From positions 32,001 to 96,000 of the forward strand of contig VMGC01000002.1 of NCBI GenBank assembly GCA_007376385.1: 64,000 nucleotides of DNA. The letters run 5' to 3'. The stretch's first letter is position 1; each line of letters begins with the position of its first letter. The notes beneath the pieces were generated by a model. It searched no databases. It was not told the origin of the DNA and was given only the letters and a program-made list of their open reading frames with translations. Shown piece after piece: positions 26,652-35,871 of the stretch. The position numbers were made by a program, and so were the translations under genes. The stretch comes from Parcubacteria group bacterium Gr01-1014_8 (lineage in GTDB: Bacteria; Patescibacteriota; Minisyncoccia; Phycocordibacterales; UBA2100).

Positions 26652-27578
26652 CTATTTTTGGGCGTGCAATGTAAGATAGATATCCTCTAGAGCTTTCACG
26701 GCGTCTCCCGCAGCTATGTTATTTTGATGGAAAAGGCCGTCGGTCGAATCGCCAGCTGCCCAAATACCTGGCGTTGAGGTGCGCTGCGTGCGGGGGTCAA
26801 CCTTAATACGCGCCCACTCGTTCAATTCCACAACTCCTTTAGCAAGATCTGTCGACGGCACCATGCCGATCTCCACGAAAATGCCAGCGGCAGGGATCTC
26901 CGATGTTTTTCCCGTTGCCGTGTTCTTAACGACAATGCTTTGCACGAACTGCCCTCCTTTTATTTCAATGGGCGCGGTATTGGTAAGCGCTTTCATATTC
27001 GGATGTTTGAGGACAGCTTCTACCGTCGAGGCATCTGCTTTCGAGAAATCTGGGCCGCGATGCAGCAGCGTGACTGATTTTGCATACGCAAGAAGCTGCG
27101 CTGCCGTCTCGAACCCAGCGTTGCCCCCGCCGACAACGATAGTATCTTGGTCTGCGAAAAGAGGTCCGTCGCATGATGCGCAATACGTGAGCCCTTTATT
27201 CTCGTACTCCTTTGCACCAGGGATCTCGAGTTGTTTTCGAAAGCCGCCTGTTGCGATGAGAATTGCCCGCGTATCGTATGCGCTTTTATTTGTTTTTACT
27301 GAAAAGCCTTTCTCGGTTTTTTCTATTTTTTCAACTCGTTCGCCGATGTGTATATCCAGGCCCTGGCTCGCATACGCCCTCAAGTGGCCTTCGAACGCCT
27401 TCGCGAGGTCTTGCCCTGTTATTTTCTCAGTGCCTATCCAGTTCTGTATCTCATTTGAATCAAAACTCTGTCCTCCTATCTTCTCTGCAACGAGAACTGT
27501 CTTGAGGCGTTTTCTCGCGGCGTATACGCCGGCAGATACTCCTGCTGGCCCGCCTCCGATTATGACTAGATCGTACAT
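26652..27578 (-). CDS. trxB: Thioredoxin-disulfide reductase
   Basis: GGGPAG FAD motif, redox-active CASCDG and the NADPH-binding GGGNAG. Confidence 0.9.
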   Translation of the reverse strand: MYDLVIIGGGPAGVSAGVYAARKRLKTVLVAEKIGGQSFDSNEIQNWIGTEKITGQDLAKAFEGHLRAYASQGLDIHIGERVEKIEKTEKGFSVKTNKSAYDTRAILIATGGFRKQLEIPGAKEYENKGLTYCASCDGPLFADQDTIVVGGGNAGFETAAQLLAYAKSVTLLHRGPDFSKADASTVEAVLKHPNMKALTNTAPIEIKGGQFVQSIVVKNTATGKTSEIPAAGIFVEIGMVPSTDLAKGVVELNEWARIKVDPRTQRTSTPGIWAAGDSTDGLFHQNNIAAGDAVKALEDIYLTLHAQK

Positions 27579-27637
27579 AGTAGGTCAAAGAATAACATGG
27601 CCGTTTGTAGTCCGGCCTCGCTTCGTTCCCACGGTGC

Positions 27638-28804
27638 TTATTTTCGACGAAGGAAGGAAGGAAGTCCACCCCATGCGTCATCGTCGTCGTCAGAAGCCGG
27701 ATCGCTTGCTCGCGGAATTTCCCTTGGAGATGGCGTTTCGCTTGGCTTTTGCGTTTCCACGCTCTTTCTCTCCATTCGCAAAGGCGGCAGCTCGTCAGCC
27801 TTGCGGCCGGCGAGTCTTTGAGGACCAAAAAGCTGTCTCCCTGTTCCTTCTGGAAAGCCTGTCGCGATGACCGTGACTCGTACCTGGCCTTTCTTGAGAT
27901 TGTCGTCCGTAACAGCGCCAAAAATAACCTTTGCCTCCGGGTCGATGGCTTCTGTTATGACATTGGCTGCATCCTGGATCTCCAACATGCCGAGATCCTC
28001 GCCGCCTGCGATGGAGAAGAGGACGCCCTTCGCACCTGTTATAGAAACTTCGAGGAGGGGAGAGTTTATTGCGGCACGAGCAGCGGACTCTGCACGCTTC
28101 TCACCCATAGCCGTTCCGATGCCCATAAGCGCCGAGCCCGCATTTTGCATGATGGTGCGCACGTCCGCGAAGTCTACGTTTATGATACCCGTTGTTGTAA
28201 TGAGGTCGGAAATACCCTCGACCGCCTGTTTTAAGATATCGTCACACATCGCGAAGGCGTTCTTGATGCCAGTATCTCTCGAAACAATAGAGAGAAGTTT
28301 TTCGTTCGGTATGATGATGATGGCGTCAACTGCCTTCCGGAGCTCCGAGATGCCTTGCTCTGCAAGCCTCATTCTCTGCGCTCCTTCAAATGCAAAGGGT
28401 TTCGTGACTACTCCAACCGTGAGGGCGCCAAGCTCGCGCGCTACTTTCGCGATGACGGGAGCCGCACCGGTCCCCGTGCCGCCGCCCATTCCACCGGTAA
28501 TAAACACCATGTCGGAACCTTTGAGGGCATCTTGAATATCTTCCTTCGTCTCTTCCGCCGCTTGTTTGCCAATATCAACATTCATGCCTGCGCCAAGTCC
28601 GCGCGTCAAACTTTTGCCGATATGGATCTTTTTCTTGGCTCTCGATTTATGGAGGTCCTGCGCGTCTGTGTTTATTGAAATGAAATCTACGCCGACGACG
28701 TGGGACGCCACCATGTGATTAACGGCGTTTCCGCCGGAGCCGCCGACGCCAACTACGCGTATCCGAGCAAATGACTCAACGTCGGGCTTGATCTGCTTGG
28801 CCAT
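27638..28804 (-). CDS. ftsZ: Cell division protein FtsZ
   Basis: GGGTGTG tubulin signature with GVGGSGGNAV; start placed at MAKQIKP, internal to ORF 27638..28840. Confidence 0.9.
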   Translation of the reverse strand: MAKQIKPDVESFARIRVVGVGGSGGNAVNHMVASHVVGVDFISINTDAQDLHKSRAKKKIHIGKSLTRGLGAGMNVDIGKQAAEETKEDIQDALKGSDMVFITGGMGGGTGTGAAPVIAKVARELGALTVGVVTKPFAFEGAQRMRLAEQGISELRKAVDAIIIIPNEKLLSIVSRDTGIKNAFAMCDDILKQAVEGISDLITTTGIINVDFADVRTIMQNAGSALMGIGTAMGEKRAESAARAAINSPLLEVSITGAKGVLFSIAGGEDLGMLEIQDAANVITEAIDPEAKVIFGAVTDDNLKKGQVRVTVIATGFPEGTGRQLFGPQRLAGRKADELPPLRMERKSVETQKPSETPSPREIPRASDPASDDDDDAWGGLPSFLRRK

Positions 28805-28988
28805 GGTGAGCCCATGATAGCAGGGTTTTACGAAAGGCAAACCCGCACGCTAATGGTGCCTTGGTTGCGAAGTGTTTTCACAATATTACCAACAAAATTG
28901 CAAGTGTGATATCAGAATATGCGCCGCGGTGACTGACGCTGGAGGGGCAACAAAAACACAAAGGCACCATTTAGTGTGCGGGCAAATC

Positions 28989-29096
28989 GTTGACCCCGTG
29001 AGATAAACATGGTGACGTTCGAGTCGAACATGTGGTTTTGTTGTGGCTCTCAAGCACCGCCTAACAATAAGGAATGGGTTATCTCACGGGGTTGAC
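28989..29096 (+). promoter_or_regulatory. Inverted box pair GTTGACCCCGTGAGATAA ... TTATCTCACGGGGTTGAC (18-nt perfect inverted repeat, 72-nt spacer) in the ftsA-ftsZ intergenic region
   Basis: Family member with extended arms. Confidence 0.55.
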
Positions 29097-29137
29097 TTTA
29101 TCTATCGTTTATTGCGGCTAGCGAGGAATCGAGGCGA

Positions 29138-29290
29138 GAGATTGCTCTCATCTCGTCCGAGCGACGACGCAACATACGGGTCGAATACCCCGCGGCTTGC
29201 CGCGGGTGAGGACGTGCGAAGCGCGTTCCTCATGGTGGGGCTTGCCCCGTGGTATGAATACCCTTTTTATTCCCTGGTGTACGAGAGGGA
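29138..29290 (+). repeat. Hairpin/CCGAGC-box family copy F plus three GC-rich hairpins (CCCGCGGCTTGCCGCGGG; GAGGACGTGCGAAGCGCGTTCCTC; GGGGCTTGCCCC)
   Basis: Shares CCCCGCGGCTTGCC with copies B and C. Confidence 0.5.
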
Positions 29291-29297
29291 GGTGAGG

Positions 29298-30470
29298 TTA
29301 GGGCAAAAGCGTCCTAAAACCAGTGCGAAGCGAGTCGATCGTGCGGGAAAGAATGTCTCCAAACGTATGCATTGGCGCGGCGGCGTCTTCCGTGTACGCC
29401 CAGCGGCACAGCCCGTAGGCGACAGCCCACGTCGCGTCCAGACTACCAAGGCGCGGGATACCTGCTGGGACGCCGATCTGCGAAGGAATGCGAAGCGTTG
29501 TGCGTGCAATATCTGTCGCTTGTGCTACACCAGAACCGCCGCCGGTAATAACGATGCCAGCGGGAAGCAGCCGGTGCCGCCCGATAGTTTTTAAGTGTGC
29601 ATTCATCAGCAGGTACATTTCTTTGAGTTGGCTGGAAACAATGCTTCCCATTTTGCGCGGAGGAATGTCGCTGCCGGTTACCGCCCCTCGTTTCATCTGC
29701 TCTGCTTCCGAAAGCGGGATTTGGAACGAAAGCGCTATCGCGTTAGTGATATCCGATGAGCCGATAGGAAACACTTTCACGGAAATAGGTACATCGTTGT
29801 CATAGACGATGATGGAAAGCGTTTCAGCTCCGATATTCGCAAGAACTACACCGGCTGTCTTTTGCGCTTTGGTAAGTGTGACAAAACTCGCGGCGAGAGG
29901 GGAAGCCATCACGCCTTCTACTTCAATGCCGGCCGATTCGACTGCGTCAATAAGATCATCATGGTGCTGCGTCAGGATAGAAATAATGAGCGTGTCTACG
30001 GAAAGTTTTGTACCCTGAAGACCGTGCGGGCGGCCGCGAACAGGGATGCCGTCTATGCGGTACTCAAGAGGTATGGTATGCAGTATTGTACGATTTATGA
30101 GCCTGGAAATTGCCTTTTTTTCACTCTCGCGCTGTGAGCGCTCGATCTCTCTCTCGGTCGCAATTCCTCCCGATGTCGTTAGCGTGACATCTCCGGTCGA
30201 GCGCATTTCTTCTAAGCTGACTCCTCCCATTGCGATGCGGGCGCTCCGTACAGGCGTTTTTGACGCTTGAGCCGCCCTACCGACTGCCTCGCGGATGCTC
30301 CGTGTTACTTCCTTAGGGTCTACAAGATATCCGTGGCGCATGCCTTTCGAAGAGGCAGAGCCGGTGCCGATGATGGTCATTGGCAGCTCGGGTGAATCCG
30401 GGGGACTCGCAATGACTGCTTTCACATGGTACGTACCGATATCAATTCCTGTATAGATAGTTCGGCGCAT
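29298..30470 (-). CDS. ftsA: Cell division protein FtsA (actin-like ATPase)
   Basis: MRRTIYTGIDIGTYHVKAVIA phosphate-1 motif, 390 aa, directly upstream of ftsZ. Confidence 0.85.
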   Translation of the reverse strand: MRRTIYTGIDIGTYHVKAVIASPPDSPELPMTIIGTGSASSKGMRHGYLVDPKEVTRSIREAVGRAAQASKTPVRSARIAMGGVSLEEMRSTGDVTLTTSGGIATEREIERSQRESEKKAISRLINRTILHTIPLEYRIDGIPVRGRPHGLQGTKLSVDTLIISILTQHHDDLIDAVESAGIEVEGVMASPLAASFVTLTKAQKTAGVVLANIGAETLSIIVYDNDVPISVKVFPIGSSDITNAIALSFQIPLSEAEQMKRGAVTGSDIPPRKMGSIVSSQLKEMYLLMNAHLKTIGRHRLLPAGIVITGGGSGVAQATDIARTTLRIPSQIGVPAGIPRLGSLDATWAVAYGLCRWAYTEDAAAPMHTFGDILSRTIDSLRTGFRTLLP

Positions 30471-30532
30471 ATGCGTAGCGCCTCATTGTAGCGCGCAATA
30501 CCTGGATTCCAAATGCAGATACGTCGTGGATA

Positions 30533-30931
30533 TTAAAATCCCGCTTTTTTCACGTACCGCTGTTCGAGATCGTCCATTTTTTTACCATGCTTAAGACCCT
30601 TGAGATGCAAACAGCCATGAACAAAGAGAAATGCGGTGTGTCTAGCGATCGAAACTCGAAGTGCGCGGGCTTCCCGCTCGGCTTTTCGCATATTCAGGAA
30701 TATCTCGCCCTCGCTCCTACTAATAGGGAATGAAAGTACGTTTGGCGAGTAGTCTTTTTTGCCTGACCGGCCAGGTCGATATTTTTTGTTTATGACGCGT
30801 GAAAGCGCGTCTCCGCAGACCACAAGGGAGAGAGAATAGTTATTTCCGAGAATTGCTCTCGCTATTTTCTCAAACGAAACGCGCGGCAGCGTGCCGCGAA
30901 TGGAGACCGTAGTATCGAACTGAAATGACAT
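30533..30931 (-). CDS. ybeY: rRNA maturation RNase YbeY
   Basis: HGCLHLKGLKHG matches the H-x3-H-L-x-G-x-x-H zinc motif. Confidence 0.8.
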   Translation of the reverse strand: MSFQFDTTVSIRGTLPRVSFEKIARAILGNNYSLSLVVCGDALSRVINKKYRPGRSGKKDYSPNVLSFPISRSEGEIFLNMRKAEREARALRVSIARHTAFLFVHGCLHLKGLKHGKKMDDLEQRYVKKAGF

Positions 30932-31267
30932 CTACCGTGCTATCGGAGTATCCTCGCCGAAACGCGCAGGTGTGGGGGAAGCAGGCGAGCTTTCTCGTGG
31001 AGCAGAGTTTTGCGGCCGGCCGCGGAAACCTCGGCGTGTCGGTGCTTCAGCAATTTTGCCTTCTTTTACGAGACGGCGGAATTCATCGCGACGTTTGATG
31101 CGCTTCAGCGCTTTTTTCTTTGCAACTGCCTTTGATGTGGTACGCACGTAGTACCTGCGTTTTCGAGCATTTTGGATGAGACCGGTGCCCTGTACGCGTC
31201 GGCTGAACTTCCGAATGACCGAGAGCGGGCTTTCGTTTCCGGCCTTATTTACTTCTGCGTTTACCAT
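30932..31267 (-). CDS. rpsU: 30S ribosomal protein bS21 with a C-terminal extension
   Basis: ESPLSVIRKFSRRVQGTGLIQNARKRRYYVRTTSK aligns to the S21 consensus (E-P-FD-ALRRFKR...G.L.E.RRREFYEKP); start at the internal MVNAEV. Confidence 0.75.
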   Translation of the reverse strand: MVNAEVNKAGNESPLSVIRKFSRRVQGTGLIQNARKRRYYVRTTSKAVAKKKALKRIKRRDEFRRLVKEGKIAEAPTRRGFRGRPQNSAPRESSPASPTPARFGEDTPIAR

Positions 31268-31340
31268 TGCGCTGGACAATAGCACGAGATACACACGTAG
31301 GCAAATAGAGGGGCCCTCTTTATTTGCGAGCGTTGCGAGA

Positions 31341-31434
31341 GAAACGCAGAAGAGCACTTTTGCATTTCCGAGCGACGCAGACAGCAAAGGTTTAAAACCC
31401 CGCGGCTTGCCCGTATGGGTTGAAACCTTTCATA
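31341..31434 (+). repeat. Hairpin/CCGAGC-box family copy C, with the same 50-nt core as copy B, directly followed by GGGTTGAAACCTTTCAT
   Basis: GCATTTCCGAGCGACGCAGACAGCAAAGGTTTAAAACCCCGCGGCTTGCC; potential stem AAAGGTTT/AAACCTTT. Confidence 0.6.
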
Positions 31435-32623
31435 CGAGAGATGTCGCCGCGATTGATTTGTAACGGCGCAGATAACCAGGAAGTTCTGTGAGTGCAACGG
31501 CTTCCTGCGAGTTCGTTGCGACCTCTCGCACGAGCACCGTTCCTTCCATTGCTTCTTTGTGCCCCATCAGTAAGAGGTGAGACACGCTTGTCTTCTTTGC
31601 GTGTTCCATTTGTTCGCCTAGGCGCTCATACATAAGGGATTGATGCACCGGAATTCCTGCGTGGCGGAGCGTTTCGAGCACAGAGAGTGCCTTGCGGCGC
31701 GCTTCCATGCCAAGGTGTGCGAAATAAAGGGATGGTGCCATGCGCACGGCAGGTTTAACGCGCGTCTTTCCTCGCAGCTCGCAAGCGATGGATACGACGA
31801 CAGCAGGAGTCTCTCGTGCGGCAAAGCGCGAGGCTAGAGGGTCATAGCGTCCGCCGCTTGCGAAAGGAATTCGCGAGCCCGTTTCTTCATCGACTGACGC
31901 CATTTCAAATAACGTATGCGCCCAAAAATCGCGGCTTCCGAGTACGCTGGGCGAGAGTTCGTATGGAACGCCGAATACTTCGAGATATTCAAGGAGGTCC
32001 CAGAATCTCTTTCGTTCATCCTCGGTCAAATATTCCATACTTTGGGGAGCGCGAGGCGTGGCGGGATGTCCTCTCTCGAAAAGCTGCGTCAGCGTGCCGA
32101 GAGGATCAGTTGCGGCTCGCGGTCGAAGTGTCGGAGAAATGCTGTCGATGTGTTTTCGAAGAAATGTTCCGATATCGCGAACAAATCGGTTCGATGAGTC
32201 TACGGAGCCGATGGAATTTATCGAAAGAACACGGCGGCTTATTCCCGCATCAGCGGCGATCGCATCAGCAACCACGATGAGGAGAGCCTCGGCCATCGCA
32301 TGCGGTGCGCCAACGATATGCAGCTCTATCGTGTGGCACGGAATGTTGGAGCGGTCACGCGCTGCATTTTTATTAAGACGCCAGATGAGGAGAACATCAT
32401 TTTGATTACGGGCGGCAGAGATGCACAATTTAGCAGACAGCATCAAAGAACGTTCGTCCCGCCTCGCAAATGACATCTCGGGCTCTCGTTTTGACGAGGG
32501 AGCTTGAAGACGAACGCGCTGCAATTTGTCGATGGGCGTGAATCCGTAATATTCAGCGATGCGGATGGCGCTTCCGAGAAATCCTGATGTGTTCGGGTGC
32601 CGTGTGTCTTTTAGACGGATCAT
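31430..32623 (-). CDS. hisS: Histidine--tRNA ligase-like class II aminoacyl-tRNA synthetase
   Basis: FASGGRYD motif-3 region and a C-terminal anticodon-binding-like domain; motif 2 is not obvious, so a HisZ-like paralog is possible. Confidence 0.6.
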   Translation of the reverse strand: MIRLKDTRHPNTSGFLGSAIRIAEYYGFTPIDKLQRVRLQAPSSKREPEMSFARRDERSLMLSAKLCISAARNQNDVLLIWRLNKNAARDRSNIPCHTIELHIVGAPHAMAEALLIVVADAIAADAGISRRVLSINSIGSVDSSNRFVRDIGTFLRKHIDSISPTLRPRAATDPLGTLTQLFERGHPATPRAPQSMEYLTEDERKRFWDLLEYLEVFGVPYELSPSVLGSRDFWAHTLFEMASVDEETGSRIPFASGGRYDPLASRFAARETPAVVVSIACELRGKTRVKPAVRMAPSLYFAHLGMEARRKALSVLETLRHAGIPVHQSLMYERLGEQMEHAKKTSVSHLLLMGHKEAMEGTVLVREVATNSQEAVALTELPGYLRRYKSIAATSLV

Positions 32624-32759
32624 ATTAGATTTTGTTAGCGAATAAAATGAGCTTAGAAAATCTTATACCCTGTTAAATACGACCTTTCCAAGGTCGTCCA
32701 GCCTCCGGCGGGATTTAACAGGGTTTAGAAAAATATAGTCGCTCATATTCATTCGCTCG

Positions 32760-33416
32760 TTATATTTCTAAATACCGCGCTTCTGCCGGAAGCACGCCCA
32801 ATTTCGAAATAGGGAACAATCGCAGGAGGACACGTCCGACGATATTTTCGCGCGGGAGAATTCCCCACGTACGAGAGTCTGATGAAACGCGGCGATTGTC
32901 TCCGAGTACAAAAAATTGATCGGACCCGAGCGTAACGGTTGTGCCCATTGGCCCGCCAATATTCTCAAGCGAGAGATATGGCTCATCGAGATAGAACCCC
33001 TCTGTGTTCTCAGCATTTTGGATCCTGACGCCTTGGCTATCTACCTGAACTGTTTCTCCGGGGAGGCCGATAATTCGTTTTATAAGTGTTCGGGAGTATT
33101 CTTGCGGCAAGTGAAAGACAATAACGTCACCACGCTGAGGTTCCTCAAAGCGGTACGATATCCTATCAGTTATCAAATAGTCCCAATTATTGAAGTTGTG
33201 TTCCATCGAACTGCCTGCAACGACGTACGGAGCTGCAATAAAGAAGCGAATGATGAGCGCGAGGATGAGCGCGAACACCGTGTAGCCGAAAAGAGCGCCG
33301 CGACCACTCGACGACTGTACGGGCTCGAGAGAAATCGAAGAAATGTGTCGCAGCGCGGCGTCAGACCCACTATTTTCCTGGTTTCCTTCCCGTCCATTTT
33401 GAAAAAGTTCACTCAT
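32760..33416 (-). CDS. lepB: Signal peptidase I
   Basis: N-terminal TM, GSSMEHNF catalytic Ser region, RIIGLPGETV, VLGDNRRVSSDSR. Confidence 0.85.
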   Translation of the reverse strand: MSELFQNGREGNQENSGSDAALRHISSISLEPVQSSSGRGALFGYTVFALILALIIRFFIAAPYVVAGSSMEHNFNNWDYLITDRISYRFEEPQRGDVIVFHLPQEYSRTLIKRIIGLPGETVQVDSQGVRIQNAENTEGFYLDEPYLSLENIGGPMGTTVTLGSDQFFVLGDNRRVSSDSRTWGILPRENIVGRVLLRLFPISKLGVLPAEARYLEI

Positions 33417-33699
33417 AAAGTGACTTCAGGCGGGTACATCGCGCGCATTCTACTACTTAACAGTAATTGACACCAAGCGGGAGGGGTGTTGTATGTGGAA
33501 AACAATATATTTTTTCTCGCACGGATATTTTTTTGCTAAAAAAGTTCGCTCGGTATTCCTCTCGCTGAACCCGAGCGCATATTTCCGGCGATATGTGCCC
33601 TTATGCTTCAACGCGCAACTCCTCACTTCATTCGGAGACCCAGGCTTGCGCGTTTCCAGAGATTCAGCGAGAGGAATACCCGCTTGAATGAAAAATATT

Positions 33700-33761
33700 T
33701 ATTGGCGAGCGTTGCGAGTGACGCGAAAATGTACTCATTTTCATGTCCGAGCCGGGGAGCC
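33700..33761 (+). repeat. Hairpin/CCGAGC-box family copy D (GCGAGCGTTGCGAG, GAAAATG-N4-CATTTTC, ATGTCCGAGCCGGGGAGCC)
   Basis: Family member between lepB and pth. Confidence 0.5.
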
Positions 33762-33940
33762 AAAACAGGGTCGAGTGCCCTTTATCTGCTATGATGTTTC
33801 GTTATGACCCGGTAGTAGAATTTCGGCTTGTCTTGTCTAAATCGAATAACACAATTAATCTATATATTCAAAGATGACCCTATGACGTTTTTACGACCAC
33901 GACCTGCGCGTCGCGCCAGCCGAAATTCCACTAACCGGGT

Positions 33941-34534
33941 ATGACATGGGTGATCGTTGGCCTCGGAAATCCAGGAGAGGAGTATGAGCATACTCGCCAC
34001 AACACCGGCAGAATGGCTGTCCAGCACTTTGTGCGCTCAAAAAAGATAGGTGAGTGGAAAGAAGATGCAAAAGCGAAGTCGCTTGTCGCGCGAGGCATGG
34101 TTGAACGCTCGCTCGCCGCGTTCGTGTTGCCTGAAACGTTCATGAACAAGTCGGGAGGCGCGCTCACGAAATTCGTAAAGAGCATGAAAGCAGCAGAAAA
34201 TCTCGTTGTGGTCTACGATGAGCTTGATCTGCCTCTTGGAGCGATGAAAATTTCGTATGACCGTGGTAGCGGTGGACACAAAGGCATTGAATCCATCATG
34301 CGTGCAGTCAAAACGAAAAAATTCTGGCGCATTCGCATCGGTGTTTCGCAGTCTACGGCTGGAGGAGAGATAAAAAAACCTCACGGCGGCAAAGCGGTGA
34401 ACGATTTTATACTTGATATATTCAAACCGCACGAACACGCGGTTCTAAAGACCGTATTCAAGCGCGTCGAGAACGCACTCGAAAGTATCATCGTCGACGG
34501 ACCTGAGAGAGCGATGAATCAGTTCAATTCATAA
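33941..34534 (+). CDS. pth: Peptidyl-tRNA hydrolase
   Basis: MTWVIVGLGNPGEEYEHTRHNTG canonical N-terminus. Confidence 0.9.
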   Translation: MTWVIVGLGNPGEEYEHTRHNTGRMAVQHFVRSKKIGEWKEDAKAKSLVARGMVERSLAAFVLPETFMNKSGGALTKFVKSMKAAENLVVVYDELDLPLGAMKISYDRGSGGHKGIESIMRAVKTKKFWRIRIGVSQSTAGGEIKKPHGGKAVNDFILDIFKPHEHAVLKTVFKRVENALESIIVDGPERAMNQFNS

Positions 34535-34539
34535 AGCTC

Positions 34540-34992
34540 ATGAGCGAGCAAAAACGTGGCCGCGATAAAACTCCGCCGTTGTCGTTGAAAACGGTACTTA
34601 AAGAAGGAGACATTCTTCTCGAAACATGGCTGGATGCACATCACAAACAATTTCTCGGAAAGGTTGAAATCGAACCGCACGAGGATTTTCATTATCTTCG
34701 TGATACGGAAAGTTTAGTTACAACGAAAGGAATTGCGGGCGTTATGATCGATACGGTGAATCGTTTCCTTGAATCCGAAAAGAAAATAGGACTCCTTACG
34801 GAAGTAATAAGTCCTGATTCTCAGTACGCAAACGGTATGTATGAGCGGCGCGGTTGGAAACGCGTCCATCCGCACATGGCCGTACTGGTATACGTGCCGA
34901 ATGGTCTTAAAACCCCGTCGGCATCTGAGGCATTCGCAATGCGGCGAACGGTGCGTTATTTTGCTCGCCGTTGGCCCAATGCTTCTGATTGA
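34540..34992 (+). CDS. Hypothetical protein, 150 aa (possibly a GNAT-like fold)
   Basis: ORF; lies inside the putative inserted segment between pth and the pth 3-prime-end duplicate. Confidence 0.4.
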   Translation: MSEQKRGRDKTPPLSLKTVLKEGDILLETWLDAHHKQFLGKVEIEPHEDFHYLRDTESLVTTKGIAGVMIDTVNRFLESEKKIGLLTEVISPDSQYANGMYERRGWKRVHPHMAVLVYVPNGLKTPSASEAFAMRRTVRYFARRWPNASD

Positions 34993-35034
34993 ACGACTTA
35001 AGCAACAGGTTTCAGAGTCATCCGAATGTCCGAG

Positions 35035-35760
35035 GTTCGACCTCGGACATGTTGTGCTTAATCGGTATTAAGCTTGTATGCAAGCCACTCATTTATGTGC
35101 TTTTTGAATTCGGAAGGTGTTGAGAAATATTCCGGCATCGCTTTAGCGTCAATCAGCTTATTTTCAGGACGTTCCACTCCCGAAAAATCGAGATAGCTTG
35201 AATAAGGATACCTTTCTAGAGATTTTAAATTCGCGAGAGCAGACAAAGTCTCCTTTTCAAACGTCTTCGTAAGTGCGACTGGATTCAGATGCACGTACGC
35301 TATGAGGTATTTGAGATACCGATCATCTTTTGCATGAACGGCTTTGAATTTTCCTTGAAGGAGTGCTCCGTTGCGTTCATGTCGTTTGTTGAAATACATC
35401 GTATAGCCTGTTATGACTTTCTGCATGAATTTACTTATCCCGCCCACGCCAATTTCTCGGAGTATCAGGTGAAAATGATTTGGCATGAGGCAATACGCCG
35501 CGACGTCCACAAGTGGAGAGCCACGCGGCAGTTCCAAAGCTTCACGCAGTGAGTATCTACTTAGCCGTTCATCGAGCCGTTCTTCCTGGTTGCAGGAATA
35601 AAGGAGGGTTAGGAACCGCTCATAGTCACCGCGTGAGCTAAAAATCGAGCGCTTCTCGGTTCCCCGATTGTAGACATGATATATCTCATCGCTTGCGAAC
35701 TCTATTTGCCGTGTCACCCGGTGATTATAAAACAAATGTCCGAGGTCGAACCTCGGACAT
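35035..35760. mobile_element. Y1 transposase (IS200/RayT-type) gene flanked by inverted 25-nt palindromic REP-like hairpins ATGTCCGAGGTTCGACCTCGGACAT (35035-35059) and ATGTCCGAGGTCGAACCTCGGACAT (35736-35760)
   Basis: The two hairpins are exact reverse complements of each other and bracket the transposase ORF. Confidence 0.75.
35058..35735 (-). CDS. IS200/IS605-like or REP-associated tyrosine (Y1, HuH) transposase
   Basis: YHVYNRG, YCLMPNHFHLIL (HuH), KYLIAYVHLNPV (catalytic Tyr region). Confidence 0.75.
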   Translation of the reverse strand: MFYNHRVTRQIEFASDEIYHVYNRGTEKRSIFSSRGDYERFLTLLYSCNQEERLDERLSRYSLREALELPRGSPLVDVAAYCLMPNHFHLILREIGVGGISKFMQKVITGYTMYFNKRHERNGALLQGKFKAVHAKDDRYLKYLIAYVHLNPVALTKTFEKETLSALANLKSLERYPYSSYLDFSGVERPENKLIDAKAMPEYFSTPSEFKKHINEWLAYKLNTD

Positions 35761-35767
35761 TGTGGAT

Positions 35768-35852
35768 AAAATAGTTTTCAAGCGCGTCGAGCATGCGCTT
35801 GAGACAATTATCCTCGATGGCGGAATGAAAGCGATGAATCAGTTCAACTAGA
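35768..35852 (+). pseudogene. Diverged duplicate of the pth 3-prime end (encodes ...KIVFKRVEHALETIILDGGMKAMNQFN*)
   Basis: About 75 percent nucleotide identity to 34450-34534 (pth ...TVFKRVENALESIIVDGPERAMNQFNS*). Confidence 0.6.
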
Positions 35853-35871
35853 TATCCAGAGCGGCAAGATC

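Noticed and set aside
26779-27870. 363-aa ORF on the plus strand
   Set aside because: Antisense to trxB and the ftsZ 3-prime end; Ser/Pro/Ala-rich translation typical of antisense GC-rich frames.
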